Source: Octopus sinensis
Lineage: Eukaryota
Assembly: GCF_006345805.1 (NCBI RefSeq)
Contig: NC_043008.1
Coordinates: forward strand, 55,676,001 to 55,740,000
Length of the DNA: 64,000 nt
Direction of reading: 5' to 3'
The notes beneath the pieces are model-generated. The model was not told where the DNA came from, did no database searches, and worked only from the letters and a program-made list of their open reading frames with translations. How positions within the stretch are numbered: the first letter of the stretch is position 1; every line of letters begins with the position of its first letter. Positions 39,601 through 52,345 of this stretch are shown in pieces. Position numbers and translations under genes: made by a program.

Positions 39601-40046
39601 GTGTGCAGGTGGCACGTAAAAAGCACCCACTACACTCACGGAGTGGTTGGCGTTAGGAAGGGCATCCAGCTGTAGAAACATTGCCAAATTAGACTGGAGC
39701 CTGGTGCAGCCTTCTGGCTTCCCAGAACCCCGGTCGAACCGTCCAACCCATGCTAGCATGGAGAACGGACGTTAAACGACGATGATGATGATGATGATGT
39801 GTGTGTGTGTGTGTGTGTATATTGCTAGTAGGTTCCGTTATTGCAAAGCTTCTGAAACAGAACAAAACTGGACATTCTGCAATAATGATAACGAGCCGAG
39901 AGTAGTAGCTGAAAGAGAGCCAATCCATATAATTATACACAAACAACTCCTAACTACATGTAATACAAGGTAAGAGGAAATAGGAACAGTGTGGGGGAAA
40001 ACAGAGAATATAAACTAAATGTATAAAGTAGCATTTATAGAAAAAG

Positions 40047-40098
<52 letters not shown>

Positions 40099-40364
40099 CA
40101 ACAATAATTTCTATAGTTAGATAAATAAAGGAATGTGAGTGAAGCCACACCACTCATTAATGATGTGATGTTAGGTAAAGTTTGAAGGAATGTGGAGGGA
40201 CAGAAATTGTTGACATTATAGGTGATGTAGACTTAGAGCACTTATTGGTCATTGTAAATTTATGATGATGGTAATGATGATAATAATCCTTTCTACTAAA
40301 AGACCTGAAATTTTGGGGGTGGTACTTAATTTATCGACCCCATAAATTGATGAAAGGCTATAGT

Positions 40365-41028
40365 AGAAGACACTTGTCCAAGGTGCCACGCAGTGGGACT
40401 GAACCCGGAACCATGTGGTTGGTAAGCAAGCTACTTACCACGCAGTCACTCCTGCGCCTGTCTTTTAATTAACTTAAATTTAAATATAGAGAAACAAAGC
40501 AAGAGTGAAAGCTCTTTCTAAAGATGGCTGTCTGGTAAGTAGCTTGTTTAGTAAGTAGCTTGTTCCGGGTTCAGTCCCACTGCGTGGCACCTTGGGCAAG
40601 TGTCTTCTACTATAGCCTCGGGCCGACCAAAGCCTTGTGAGTGGATTTGGTAGACGGAAACTGAAAGAAGCCCGTCGTATATATGTATATGTATGCGCAT
40701 GGCTCAGTGGTTAGAGCGTCGAGCTTACGATCGTGAGGTTGTGAGCTCGAATCCCGGACCGGGCTGCGTGTTGTGTTCTTGAGCAAGGCACTTTATTTCA
40801 CGTTGCTCCAGTTCACTCAGCTGTAGAAATGAGTTGCGACGTCATAGGTGCCAAGCTGTATCGACCTCTGTCTTTCCCTTGGATAACACTGGTGGCGTGG
40901 AGAGGGGAGGCTGGTATGCATGGGCGACTGCTGGTCTTCCATAAACAACCTTGCCCGGACTTGTGTCTAGGAGGGTAACTTTCTAGGTGCAATCCCATGG
41001 TCATTCATGACCGAAGGGGGTCTTTACC

Positions 41029-41071
<43 letters not shown>

Positions 41072-41282
41072 TGTGTGTGTTTGTATGTCTGTGTTTGTCC
41101 CCCTAGCATTGCTTGACAACCGATGCGGTGTGTTTATGTCCCCGTTACTTAGCGGTTCAGCAAAAAGAGACCAATAGAATAAGTACTAGGCTTACAAAAG
41201 AATAAGTCCCAGGGTCGAGTTGCTCGATTAAAGGCGGTGCTCCAGCAAGGCCGCAGTCAAATGACTGAAACAAGTAAAAGAG
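40365..41282. mobile_element. Nested SINEs: inverted family A head (40365-40460), then a plus-strand family A copy interrupted by a full family C SINE (40694-41030)
   Basis: The A body stops at its internal (TA)n at about 40690 and resumes at about 41075. Confidence 0.85.
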
Positions 41283-42182
41283 TATATTGACCTGTATGTG
41301 AGCATTTAATAAGCTAAATATAGCAGCCAAATTTCCCTCAAATTACATCCAACACATTGGATAATGTAGTCTGAGGTACTCTCAGCTGAGAAAAAGAAAC
41401 AAAAATCAAGAAAGATGGTCAAGGCTGGAAATATCTCCATCATCCTCATCATCTAATGTCTGTTTGCCATGCTGGCATGGTTGGACAGCTTGACAGGGAC
41501 TGGTAAGGGCAGTGGCCACACAAGGTTCCACGGTCTGTTTCAGCTGGGTTTCTATGATTGGATGCCCTTTCTAACACTAACCACTCTACAGAGTGTACTG
41601 GGTGCTTTTCATGTGGCACCAGCACCCACACACACATATGTATGTGTGTGTGAGTGTACATATGAGTGAGCATATGTATGCGGAATGCCTTTTTTTGTGT
41701 GTATATTTACATTAAGCATCCTTGTATGAAAGCATTAAACTAAAACAATTATGTTTTGTTGAGGTTTCCTGCAAACAAATCATCCAGTGGCTTTGCACTT
41801 CCAAAAATATTTGCTTAATCAGCACTTTATTAGGGGCTAAATACCAATAATTACTTGATTGTTAAAGGGAGACAAAACTATTGGTGACTTTAAGTGTTAC
41901 CGGACTGAACTTGAAAAATCAAGATTCACTGTATAATTTTCTGTATGCAGGATGTATAGCATATTGGCATATTATCAATCACAGAACACATTTGATCTCA
42001 ACATTAAACAATAGGTGCAGGCATGGCTGTGTGGTAAGAAGCTTGCTTCTCAACCAGATGTTTCTGGGTTCAGTCCCTCTGTGTGGTATCTTCGGCAAAT
42101 GTCTTCTACTATAGCCCCGGGTAAACCAAAGCCTTGTAAGTGAATTTGGTAGACAAAAACTGAAAGAAGCCCATTATATATA

Positions 42183-42408
42183 TACAGGGCGTGGCAGAAA
42201 TAATGCCTTTTTAGTATATGAATCATGCTGTTTTGATGAAAGAATACTTAATAAATTTCTTAAAACTTCTGCGATTTTTTCATTAGTTTATCATTCATTT
42301 CTTTAAGTAATGCAAAAAATTTGTGTTCAATAACAACTGCTTAATAAACATTTATATACTATAAAAGTTATTAAATGCAAAAAGGGTGTTACTTCTGCTG
42401 TACCCTGT
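42183..42408. mobile_element. Tc1/mariner-type MITE inserted in the TA tract of a family A SINE (42017-42708)
   Basis: Imperfect TIRs (ta)cagggcgtggcagaaataatgccttttt / aaaaagggtgttacttctgctgtaccctg. Confidence 0.6.
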
Positions 42409-43807
42409 TTGTGTGTATATATATACACACACATATATATACATACATACACACACACATATATATGTATGTATGTATGTATGTGTGCATGTCTTTGTGT
42501 CTGTATTTGTCCACCTACCACCATCATTTGACAACTGATGTTGGTGTGTCTACGTTCCAGTAACTTAGCAGTTCAGCAAAAGTGACTGACAGAATAAGTA
42601 ACAGGCTTACAAAGAATAAGTCCTGGAGTTAATTGCTTCAACTACAAGCCCTTTAAAGCAATTCTCCAGCATGACTGCAGTCAAAATGACTGAAACAAGT
42701 AAAAGAATAAAATAATATTATACTCTTTTGTTTTGCAGGGGGCAAGACAACCACTTTAGTGCTGGTGCCATGATAAAATCATAAAATATACCCACCAAAC
42801 TCTGTACAATGATTGGTGTTAGGAAGGGCATCCAGCTATAGAAACCAAGCAAATATGGAACATACGAGTGAAATGTGACCCTCCAAGCTATCAAGGAGGG
42901 TAGAAGAATTGGATCATGACAACATATCTAACCCATAGCTGTATGGATGTAAAATATCTAACCCATAGCTGAATGGGTGTAAAAGGTATAAATTCAATCA
43001 TCATCATCATCAGCATCATCGTTATACATCCAAATGCTTTCTAGGTAAGTCATAAGTTGTTCTTGTTGACTTATTCTTCAGGTGAAAGTATAGCCAACAC
43101 TATTCACCAACCTTTGTGTGGCACTATTAATAACCACTGAAAATTTGAACAATGTAAAATTTAATTAAATATAATTCTAAATTTATTTTTATATCGCTAA
43201 AATTAGTTTCTATAAATACAATTCTTTTGTAAAGCAATATTTTGCCTGCAGTCTATAACACAGACACACATCAATCATTATTTTGTTATATGTTCATTGT
43301 TTAACATCCGTTTTCCATGCTGGCATGGGTTGGACGGTTTGACCGAAGACTGGCGAACCAGATGGTTGCACCAGGCTCCAATCTGATCTAGCAGAGTTTC
43401 TACAGCTGGATGCCCTTCCTAATGCCAACCACTCTGAGAGTGTAGTGGGTGCTTTTACGTGCCACTGGCACGAGGGCCAGGCAGGCGGTACTGGCAACGG
43501 TCACGCTCAATGGTATTTTTATGTGCCACCTGCACAGGAGCCAGTCCAGCGGCACTCGCAATGACTGCACTTACAAAATTATTTAGTTAAAACAGTTACT
43601 GAACTATACGAGTGGTAAAGTCATAAGTTCAAATCTATTGCAGGTATTTCAATGGGTAAATCTATTGGGGGCATTACATTGGGTCTTGGGCAGCAACATT
43701 TAAATTTGATACGTCACAGCTCACCATATTAAACGTAAAACAAAACAAACAATAAACATTTCTGATACTTTGTTTTACCATTCAGGAGTAGAAGAATATT
43801 CACCAAC

Positions 43808-43891
43808 CTTTTACATGTTCACTGCTAATTATTGGCTCCAGCTCTTTAAGTTTCTGCATCGTTGAAGCTGTCTGCATTATGAAATCCTCTT
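43808..43891 (-). CDS. DCTN3: Dynactin subunit 3 internal coding exon (84 nt, phase 1-1; putative exon 4), (E)EDFIMQTASTMQKLKELEPIISSEHVK
   Basis: Minus-strand acceptor ttcatgaatttatttttcag and donor G|GTTGGT. Peptide matches recalled human DCTN3 [29 protein letters not shown]. Phase is compatible with the next exon. Confidence 0.9.
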
Positions 43892-45885
43892 CTGAAAAAT
43901 AAATTCATGAAATGATATAAAAAAGTAATATTATATACAAATTCACAGATCTAATATAATAAAATGCACCCCAAAACCTTAGTGTTGGTGCTTAGACTCA
44001 TTGCTTAGACTCAATGAGGGCAGCCCTTGATCAAGTTGATTTACGATAAAAAGCATTCTGACCATGGTAAATCCCTACTTTTGCCAGGACACCAGGTAAC
44101 ATTCCCAGATGATTTGGTGGAACCTATTCTTGATAGCAGCTAGGTATCTTGAAGCAATGTAGTATTAAATATTTTGCCCACCAACACAGATGGCAATTCA
44201 CTTTTGATCGGAGGCCTCTACTTGATTGGTATCAACTTGGGATTAAATAATAAAACAAAAGATTTTTTCTCTAAAACTGGAATATTAAAAAGGAAGGCAA
44301 CAAAGGTGAGAAATTTCAATGATCTTACTCAACAACCAGTCCAGTTACGTAAGCTGTGGTTGTTGTTTCTTTAACCCTAAGTCAGTGAACCCAGATCAAT
44401 TAGACCCATGATCATCAGACATTGTTGTTTTAGAAGTATGAAGGACTACAGAATGTAATGTGTCCTTTTCCTGGTTGTGGCTGTGTGGTAGAGAAGTTTG
44501 CTTCCCAACCATAGAGCTTCGGGTTCAGTCCCACTGCACAGTACCTCGGGCAAGTGTATTCTACTATAGTCCCAGGCTAGATCAAAGCCATGTGAGTAGG
44601 TTTGGTAGATGGAAAGTAAAAAAAGCCTGTTGTGTGTGTGTGTGTGTTTTGTTGCCTTAACATATCATCATCAACATCATCATTTAATGTCTGTTTTCCA
44701 TGCTGGCATGAGTTGGACAGCTGGACAAGAACTGACAGGAGCAGGGGCCACACCAGGTTTTGGCATGGTTTGAACAGCTTGATACCCTTCCTAATGCCAA
44801 CCTCTGTACAGAGTGTACTTGGTGCTTTTTACATGGCACCATCACCAGTGCTTGCTTACATGGTATCAGCACCAGTGCTTTTTATGTAGCACCGGCATCA
44901 CTGTCACACAAACTGTGTCGTTCATTTCCAAAGTTCTGCAAGAAATTGTCAGTTCATAGGGAAATAATTTATAAAAAATTTGCTTCAGTAAACTCCATCT
45001 GACCCATGCAAGCATGGAGAAGTAGACATCAAAATGATAATGATAATGAAAATGTTTTCTGAAAGAGTTTAAGCTGCATTTGCTAACATGTTGAGCGACC
45101 AAGCAAAAGTTTCTCATCAACCTAAATACTAACATGTTTTCTGAAGTATAATCACTCTTAAGATAATGAAATTATAAACAACATATGGATGATGTCAACA
45201 AAATAATCAAAGCATATAAGAACAGAGATTGTTACTGCAAACATTCGTTGATGTTGTTGTTGCCGTATGTTTTTTAATTAATAAAGTATTTATTTATCCT
45301 GTACACTAATTGAAAATACACCAGGGTCTAATTATAGTTCAAAGATGTTGTACAGTTAATCACACGCCTTGTTATTATCCAACGTGGCACACATTTTCTC
45401 GTCAGGTCAACAGGCAGGAATGTAAAAGTGTTGGATGAAATGCCCAACAGAAATTTGTACCGACTCTTTATGTTCTGAGTTCAAGTCCTGCCAAGGTCAA
45501 CTTTGCCTTCCTTCCTTCCTTCTATCCTTTTAGAGTTGCTAAAATAAAGTACTAGTTAAATGTGGAAGGGGGGGCTCTGTGTAATCCAACTAACCACTCG
45601 CCTGAAAAGAACTGGCCTTGTATTTATGCTAGAAAAAACTACAATTCCTGCCGCCACCACCACCATCACCACCTATATCACTCTGCCGCCGCCATCACTT
45701 CTACAACTGCTATAGCTTACAATTTTGATTATTAAAACAGTTGTGTTTTTTTTTTTAAACAAACAATGGGTGTTAAGTAATTTTATATCTTGTAACAGTA
45801 TTTGTGCTTTTCTACTTTTCTTTTCTTTTAACTACATTTTACGCAGATTTTAATATTCCCCGCACCTTAACAATAATAATAATAG

Positions 45886-45923
<38 letters not shown>

Positions 45924-46343
45924 CAATAATAATAACAATAATAATAGTTTCAATGTATGCGAGAGATTTGGTTACTATTTCTGGCAGATGTAATTACACA
46001 GAGATGCCTTCACAGGTTCACTTTCTAGAGAAATTGTTAAGTCAGGTGTTTTCTAGCCAAACAGTTAAGAAGTTTGGTTTGCAGTCATGAGGAGCCAAGT
46101 TCAAGCCCACTGTTTGGCACCCTGGCCAAGTAGCTTTTTTCTTTTTAACAATAGTTGTAGGTGTAGGCGTGGTTCTTATGGTAAGCCACTTGTTTCCCAA
46201 TTACATCGTTCTGGGTTCAGTCCCACTGTGTGGCACCTTGGGCAAGTATCTTCTGCTTATAGCCTCAGGCCAATAAAAAGCCTTGTGAGTGGATTTGGGA
46301 GATAGAAGCTGAAAAGGAGCCCATCGAATACATATATCAAAAT

Positions 46344-46541
46344 GTGACCTCGTGTGTACTGTTGGTGATTTTTTTTCCTCTGTCTTCCCTTCTCTGGATC
46401 TTTCCTTCTCCTATGTTTCCGACGAAGAGCTCCGCTCGAAACGTTAAACCCTCCTTCTTTCCTGAACATCCAATAATACTATATTTGTCCCACGTCCTCG
46501 CGATGTTGTGTTTTTTTTGTGCTTTCTTATTTGGATTGACT
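46344..46541 (+). mobile_element. Penelope-like terminal remnant with the best-preserved hammerhead-like core (46415-46449)
   Basis: gttt-CCGACGAA-GAGCtccGCTC-GAAACGTT-aaac. Confidence 0.6.
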
Positions 46542-46833
46542 ATATATATATATATATATATATACTCTTGGGATATCCAAGGGTATGGGATATTCCATCT
46601 TCAGAGACAAATAGGGAAAATGAGTAGGGTATATATTAATGGAATGACAATATACAGGAAGGGAGTAAAGACAGAATATACCATACTCAAGGATGTCCCA
46701 GAAACAGCTGTAAGACTGAATTTTTTCCAGTAATAATATGACCCGAGATGTTTGTCTTGCCTTAATGTTTGTTGTCCTGTTTAACAATTATATATCCGCT
46801 ATATCGGAAATCTACAATGGCTTCATAACTACC

Positions 46834-47053
46834 TATTTCTTTACTACCCACAAGGGGCTAAACACAGAGAGGACAAACAAGGACAGACAAATGGATTAAG
46901 TCAATTAGATCGACCCCAGTGCATAACTGGTACTTAATTTATCGACCCCGAAAGGATGAAAAGCAAAGTCGACCTCGGTGGAATTTGAACTCAGAATGTA
47001 GGGGCAGACGAAATACCGCTTGGCATTTCGCCTGGCGTGCTAACATTTCTGCC
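46834..47053 (-). mobile_element. Full-length family D SINE with 17-bp target-site duplication
   Basis: atggcttcataactacc at 46817-46833 and 47054-47070. Confidence 0.92.
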
Positions 47054-47646
47054 ATGGCTTCATAACTACCGTCTTGGTTATAACCTTGGAGCGCTAGTAA
47101 TCCGTTACAGCACCGACCTAGTGTACCTAATCATTTAGAGGGCTAGTGATAAGAAGGGCATCCAGACGTAGAAAATCTACCTCAATAAATTCCACCCGAC
47201 CCATACAAACATGGACAAATGGATGTTGAAAAACAATGATGATTAAATATTTTTTGTTTTTTTTCTATTTTTTTTAAAGATGTTTGATTATGATTTGAAG
47301 AAATTTAGCTTAAGTAATCATGAAGAGGCTGGGTCTTGTTCATTTTGACCAATGCTTCACTAGAAACAACTGGGTTTGAACTCATGAGTGCCGTGTCAGC
47401 AGGATGAGAGTTAAACCACACTGCTATTAACATATTACAAAGAAATCAGAAAGAAATTATTAATCTGTCCAACCTGTTGATACTGATTAAATAAGATCAA
47501 TACAGTAATCAGCATTGATTTCTCAACAGCAATCAAGCTTGTACCAACACACACATATCTACTCAATAAATATTCCTTTACTAACTTCAGTTACTGGACT
47601 GTGGCTACGCTGGAGGACAGCCTTAAAAAACAAAAAAATCAGCCTA

Positions 47647-47688
47647 CTGGTAAGAGTGTGATTTGAACTCACACCACCTGAAAGACTG
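47647..47688 (-). pseudogene. Possible 3'-half fragment of a long-variable-arm tRNA (Leu-like)
   Basis: cagtctttcaggtggtgtgagttcaaatcacactcttaccag has a variable-arm-like segment, a T-loop and an acceptor-like end. No 5' half is present. Confidence 0.3.
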
Positions 47689-48765
47689 TATGTCATTATT
47701 TTCACCATCATCATTGTATTTATATCTGATTCTCCATGTTGGCATGGGTTGTTTGGGATTTATTAAGATAGTATTTTAGGGATGGATGGCCTTGACACCC
47801 ACCCTTTTAGCTGAATCCTCCATGATGCAAGGATTTGGTGAGCTTATCTTAAAAATCAAGAGTCTTTTCTCTCCTGAATCATCATCTGACTCTGGAATCT
47901 CTTCCCTGCAGCTATTGATCTGCACCAGTTTCAATGGAAAATTAACAGCATCATGCTCACTAGTCAGAGAAAGTCTGCTAAGTTCAATGACACCATTCTT
48001 TCATTCACACTCCCCCCCCCCCAAAAAAAAACCACCAGCAGTTATAATTTCAAGATGTCATCATCATACTTCTTTCCTCTATCCTTTCTCTCTCTCTCTT
48101 ACATATTCTTTTATTCTTTTACTTGTTTCAGTTATTTTACTGCGGTCATGCTAGAGCACCACCTTAAAGGGTTTTACAGTCGAAGAAGTTGACCCCGAGA
48201 CCTATTCTTCATAAGGCTTGTGCTTATTCTATCAGTCTCTTAAGCTGAACCACTAAGTTACTGGGATATAGACAAACCAATATCAGTAGTCAAGAGATAA
48301 TGGGGGGGGGATAAACACAGACATATATACATATACAACAGCCTTCTTTCGGCTTCCGTCTACCAAATCCACTCACAAGGCTTTGGCTGGCCTGCAGTTA
48401 TAGTAGAAGACACTTGCCCAAGGTGTCATGCAGTGGGACTGAACCTGGAATCATGTGGTTGGGAAGCAAGCTTCTTACCACACAGCCACACCTACTCCTG
48501 TATCTAGATAGTTACCTTGTCAACTGTCACATTTGAAATATTTTACATTACATGAATTCTGAATCTTACAATCTCAAGTATTTATAAGCTTCAAACTACT
48601 CTTTAATTACACAAACTTGTGTATAAAGTTTATAATATCCTTATCTCATATCGGAAAGAGGTAACCTGAAACTAGAAGTAATGACTTAATTTTTAATTGG
48701 TGCTCATACTTTGTATTTCAAGTACATTTGTTAATACTGTTCTGTGACTGTGTGAGTGTGTGTGC

Positions 48766-48841
<76 letters not shown>

Positions 48842-49208
48842 ACATGGCTTATTGGTTTGTGTGTCATACTCCTGATCATAAGATTGTGGTCTCAATTCCT
48901 GGACTAGGTGATGCATTGTACTCTTGGGCAAAACCCTCTATTTCAGGTTGCTCCAGTCCACTTAGCAGGCAAAACTGAATAATTCTGCGAAAGACTGGTG
49001 TTCTGTCCTTGGGTTGGGGAATATATAAGCCACAAATTATGGGAAACTGACCTTATGAGCCTATGGCTTGAGAAGGATCTTTGATTCTTTTGATATTTAT
49101 ACATACATACATAAATACATACATACATACAGACAGACAGACACACCGATGGATAGATAGATAGATAGATAGATATACATATTTATATACACACACGCAC
49201 ACACAGTA

Positions 49209-50041
49209 TAGTAGGGTCAGTAGGGCACTGTCTGTGAGAAAAAACAGCATCATGATGCAATTCACTCTGTCAGGAATAAACTGTTGTCTAAATTATGCAA
49301 AAACAAAAATAACACTGACATCTCATTTTAACAGATATATTTACCAAAATTACATTAAAATATCTTAAAATATTAAAGAGTAGATTTATTCAATAAAATC
49401 ACCATTGGCTTCAACCACAGTCTCCAGACAACTTCAGAATCTCCTGCAACCCTTCTGGACAGTCCCTTTGTTTAAGTTGGTGAATGCTGCCATAATCCTT
49501 GCCTTCAGTTCATCTTTGGTGTTACAAGGAGTTTTTTAGGAGTCTCACTCAACTGCACCTCACACATAATAATCAAGAGGGTTGCAGTCTGAGGAGTTAG
49601 GTGGCCAAATGTTAGTGGGTGATGTGGTCGCAGAAATTGTCTGACAGCCATGACTGGGTTTTCCTGCTTGTGTGGCATGGTGCAGAGCCCTGTTGCCAGA
49701 CATAGAGTCTTCTAGCAGCCACCCTCTTGACCCAGTGCAGAACTACTTCCTCCAGGTACTTGATGTAGGCCTCTGTGTCGAGTGTGAGGCTGTGTAGGAA
49801 GATGAACGGAGGCATAATGTCGCCATCACTAGTGATCACTTCAAACAGAATGATGTTGACTGGATGTTTTATTACTCTCGGTACATAACCTCAGATTGAC
49901 ATCCAAATACTCTGAAATGTTTGTATTGAAGCTTCCAGCATGAATGCCAAGCAGTATAGCATGTTGTTTCCAAATTCCTGACAGAGTGAATTGCATCATG
50001 ATGCTGTTTTTCTCACAGACAGTGCCCTACTGACCCTACTA
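49209..50041 (-). mobile_element. Internally deleted Tc1/mariner (DD37D/maT-like) transposon with about 69-bp TIRs and TA target duplication
   Basis: TIRs 49209-49277 and 49974-50041. Transposase remnants ITSDGDIMPPFIF...YVWQQGSAPCHTSRKTQSWLSDNF...WPPNSSDCNPLD...FRSCLETVVEANGDFIE. The N-terminal part is fused to the catalytic part across a deletion. Confidence 0.92.
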
Positions 50042-51087
50042 TACTGTGTGGTTGGCAACATCAAAAACAAAGAATGGAGTGGTGTCCAGTCCAGGGAGGG
50101 AATATATATGCCACAAAATTTGGGAAACAGGCCTTATGAGCCTAAGACTAGGGAAAGTCCTTTGATCCTTGTTTTTCTATCCAAATTAATAAGCTGAAAC
50201 CCGCATTATACAATACACAAAAACTACACAAAATAACTGGCTACAATAACAACACCAGTCCGTGCAGGCCACTACTCTCTCCCACACATTTAAGCAATGA
50301 GAATTGTGTTATTCCATCTCCCATCTCTCCATGTATCCTGCTGGAGAAGTCCTAAACTTGAAACATCAATAAAAATAGAGAATATAAGGTAAACCATCAC
50401 CTGTTGTCCTTTTTCCACTTTTATAATTCATTTTGCATTGTTTCAGCCTTAACAAATCTTTATTATCTAATATAATATCACACAATGCTTCACCCAAACT
50501 ATTCCAATATATACACACAAACACACATATATACAAATCATTCTAATATATACACACATCATACATTCATATATATATATGTGCGTGCTCCCAGGCTCAC
50601 GTACACATGAACTCTCGCTCTCTCTCGGAAACACACACACACAGAGGAACAACTGATAAAGCCTAAAAACAACTCTAAATACTAACGGCCAGGTGTACAG
50701 AGTACTACAACAACATCAGCACCACCACCAACACCACCACCACCACTCACCTCAATTCATAAAAGCAATTCTGTGATCAGGGATGCATTACTAATTCACA
50801 GAAGTACAAAGATAGGGAAGCAGGGAAAAATCAATGCTTTTAAATGATACGGCAATAGCAATAGAATTAGGTTTGGTACCATGCCACAATAAACAAAAGC
50901 AGAGCAATGAGATCAACAGCAACCAGATGGAATGTCATTCATTGTGATATATATATACATATATATATAATGTGTGTGTGTTATATATATATACGTAGAT
51001 AGATATATATATATGTGTATATATATATATATATATATAGATGTATATATATATAGATATATATATGTGTATATATATATAGATATA

Positions 51088-51141
<54 letters not shown>

Positions 51142-51153
51142 GATATATATGTG

Positions 51154-51156
<3 letters not shown>

Positions 51157-51197
<41 letters not shown>

Positions 51198-51759
51198 TGC
51201 ATATATATGTGTGTGTATATATATATGTATGTGCATATAAATATATGACCTTAAAAAAAACTAATGGTATCTTTGTCGGTCATTCAATTTTTCTCAACTG
51301 ATCAATGGGCTGATTGAGAAAACAGATCAATGAATGAACCTTCAATGAGTATGGGAAACAGCTGTAAGTCGAATTTGCAAGACTGAAATAATATGTAATG
51401 GGAATGCAACCATGGATTTATAATATATCATAGAATGGTGATAGACTAGAACCTCGGACCCAGCCATAAGCTTATGGATGTTGACTGGATGTTTTTTGCC
51501 AGGATTGATAATTCCTCATTAATAACTGTTTGTGTGTGTATGTGTGTGTGCGTGCGTGTGAAAACAGCTTTAGAAAATCAGGTAAAAAATACTATTATAT
51601 ATAGAAAAAAGTGGCCAGCAGCCACCACAAAACATCAAACTCTGTACCTCCATATATATATATATATCATCATCATCATCATCGTCGTTTAACGTCCGTT
51701 AAACGACGATGATGATGATGATGATATATATAATATATATATATATATATTATATATAT

Positions 51760-51825
<66 letters not shown>

Positions 51826-52345
51826 TGCATATATATGTGTGTGTATATATATATATATATGTATGTGCATATAAATATATGACCTTAAAAAAAACTAATG
51901 GTATCTTTGTCGGTCATTCAATTTTTCTCAACTGATCAATGGGCTGATTGAGAAAACAGATCAATGAATGAACCTTCAATGAGTATGGGAAACAGCTGTA
52001 AGTCGAATTTGCAAGACTGAAATAATATGTAATGGGAATGCAACCATGGATTTACAATATATCATAGAATGGTGATAGACTAGAACCTCGGACCCAGCCA
52101 TAAGCTTATGGATGTTGACTGGATGTTTTTTGCCAGGATTGATAATTCCTCATTAATAACTGTTTGTGTGTGTATGTGTGTGTGCATGTGAAAACAGCTT
52201 TAGAAAATCAGGTAAAAAATACTATTATATATAGAAAAAAGTGGCCAGCAGCCACCACAAAACATCAAACTCTGTACCTCCATATATATATATATCATCA
52301 TCATCATCATCGTCGTTTAACGTCCGTTAAACGATGATGATGATA
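51157..52345. repeat. Direct tandem duplication, period about 630 bp
   Basis: gaccttaaaaaaaactaatgg at 51247 and 51881. The copies differ at only a few positions. Confidence 0.92.

Noticed and set aside
40694-40770. tRNA-like sequence (also at 27518, 28621 and 34742)
   Set aside because: These are heads of SINEs continuing into SINE bodies, not stand-alone tRNA genes.
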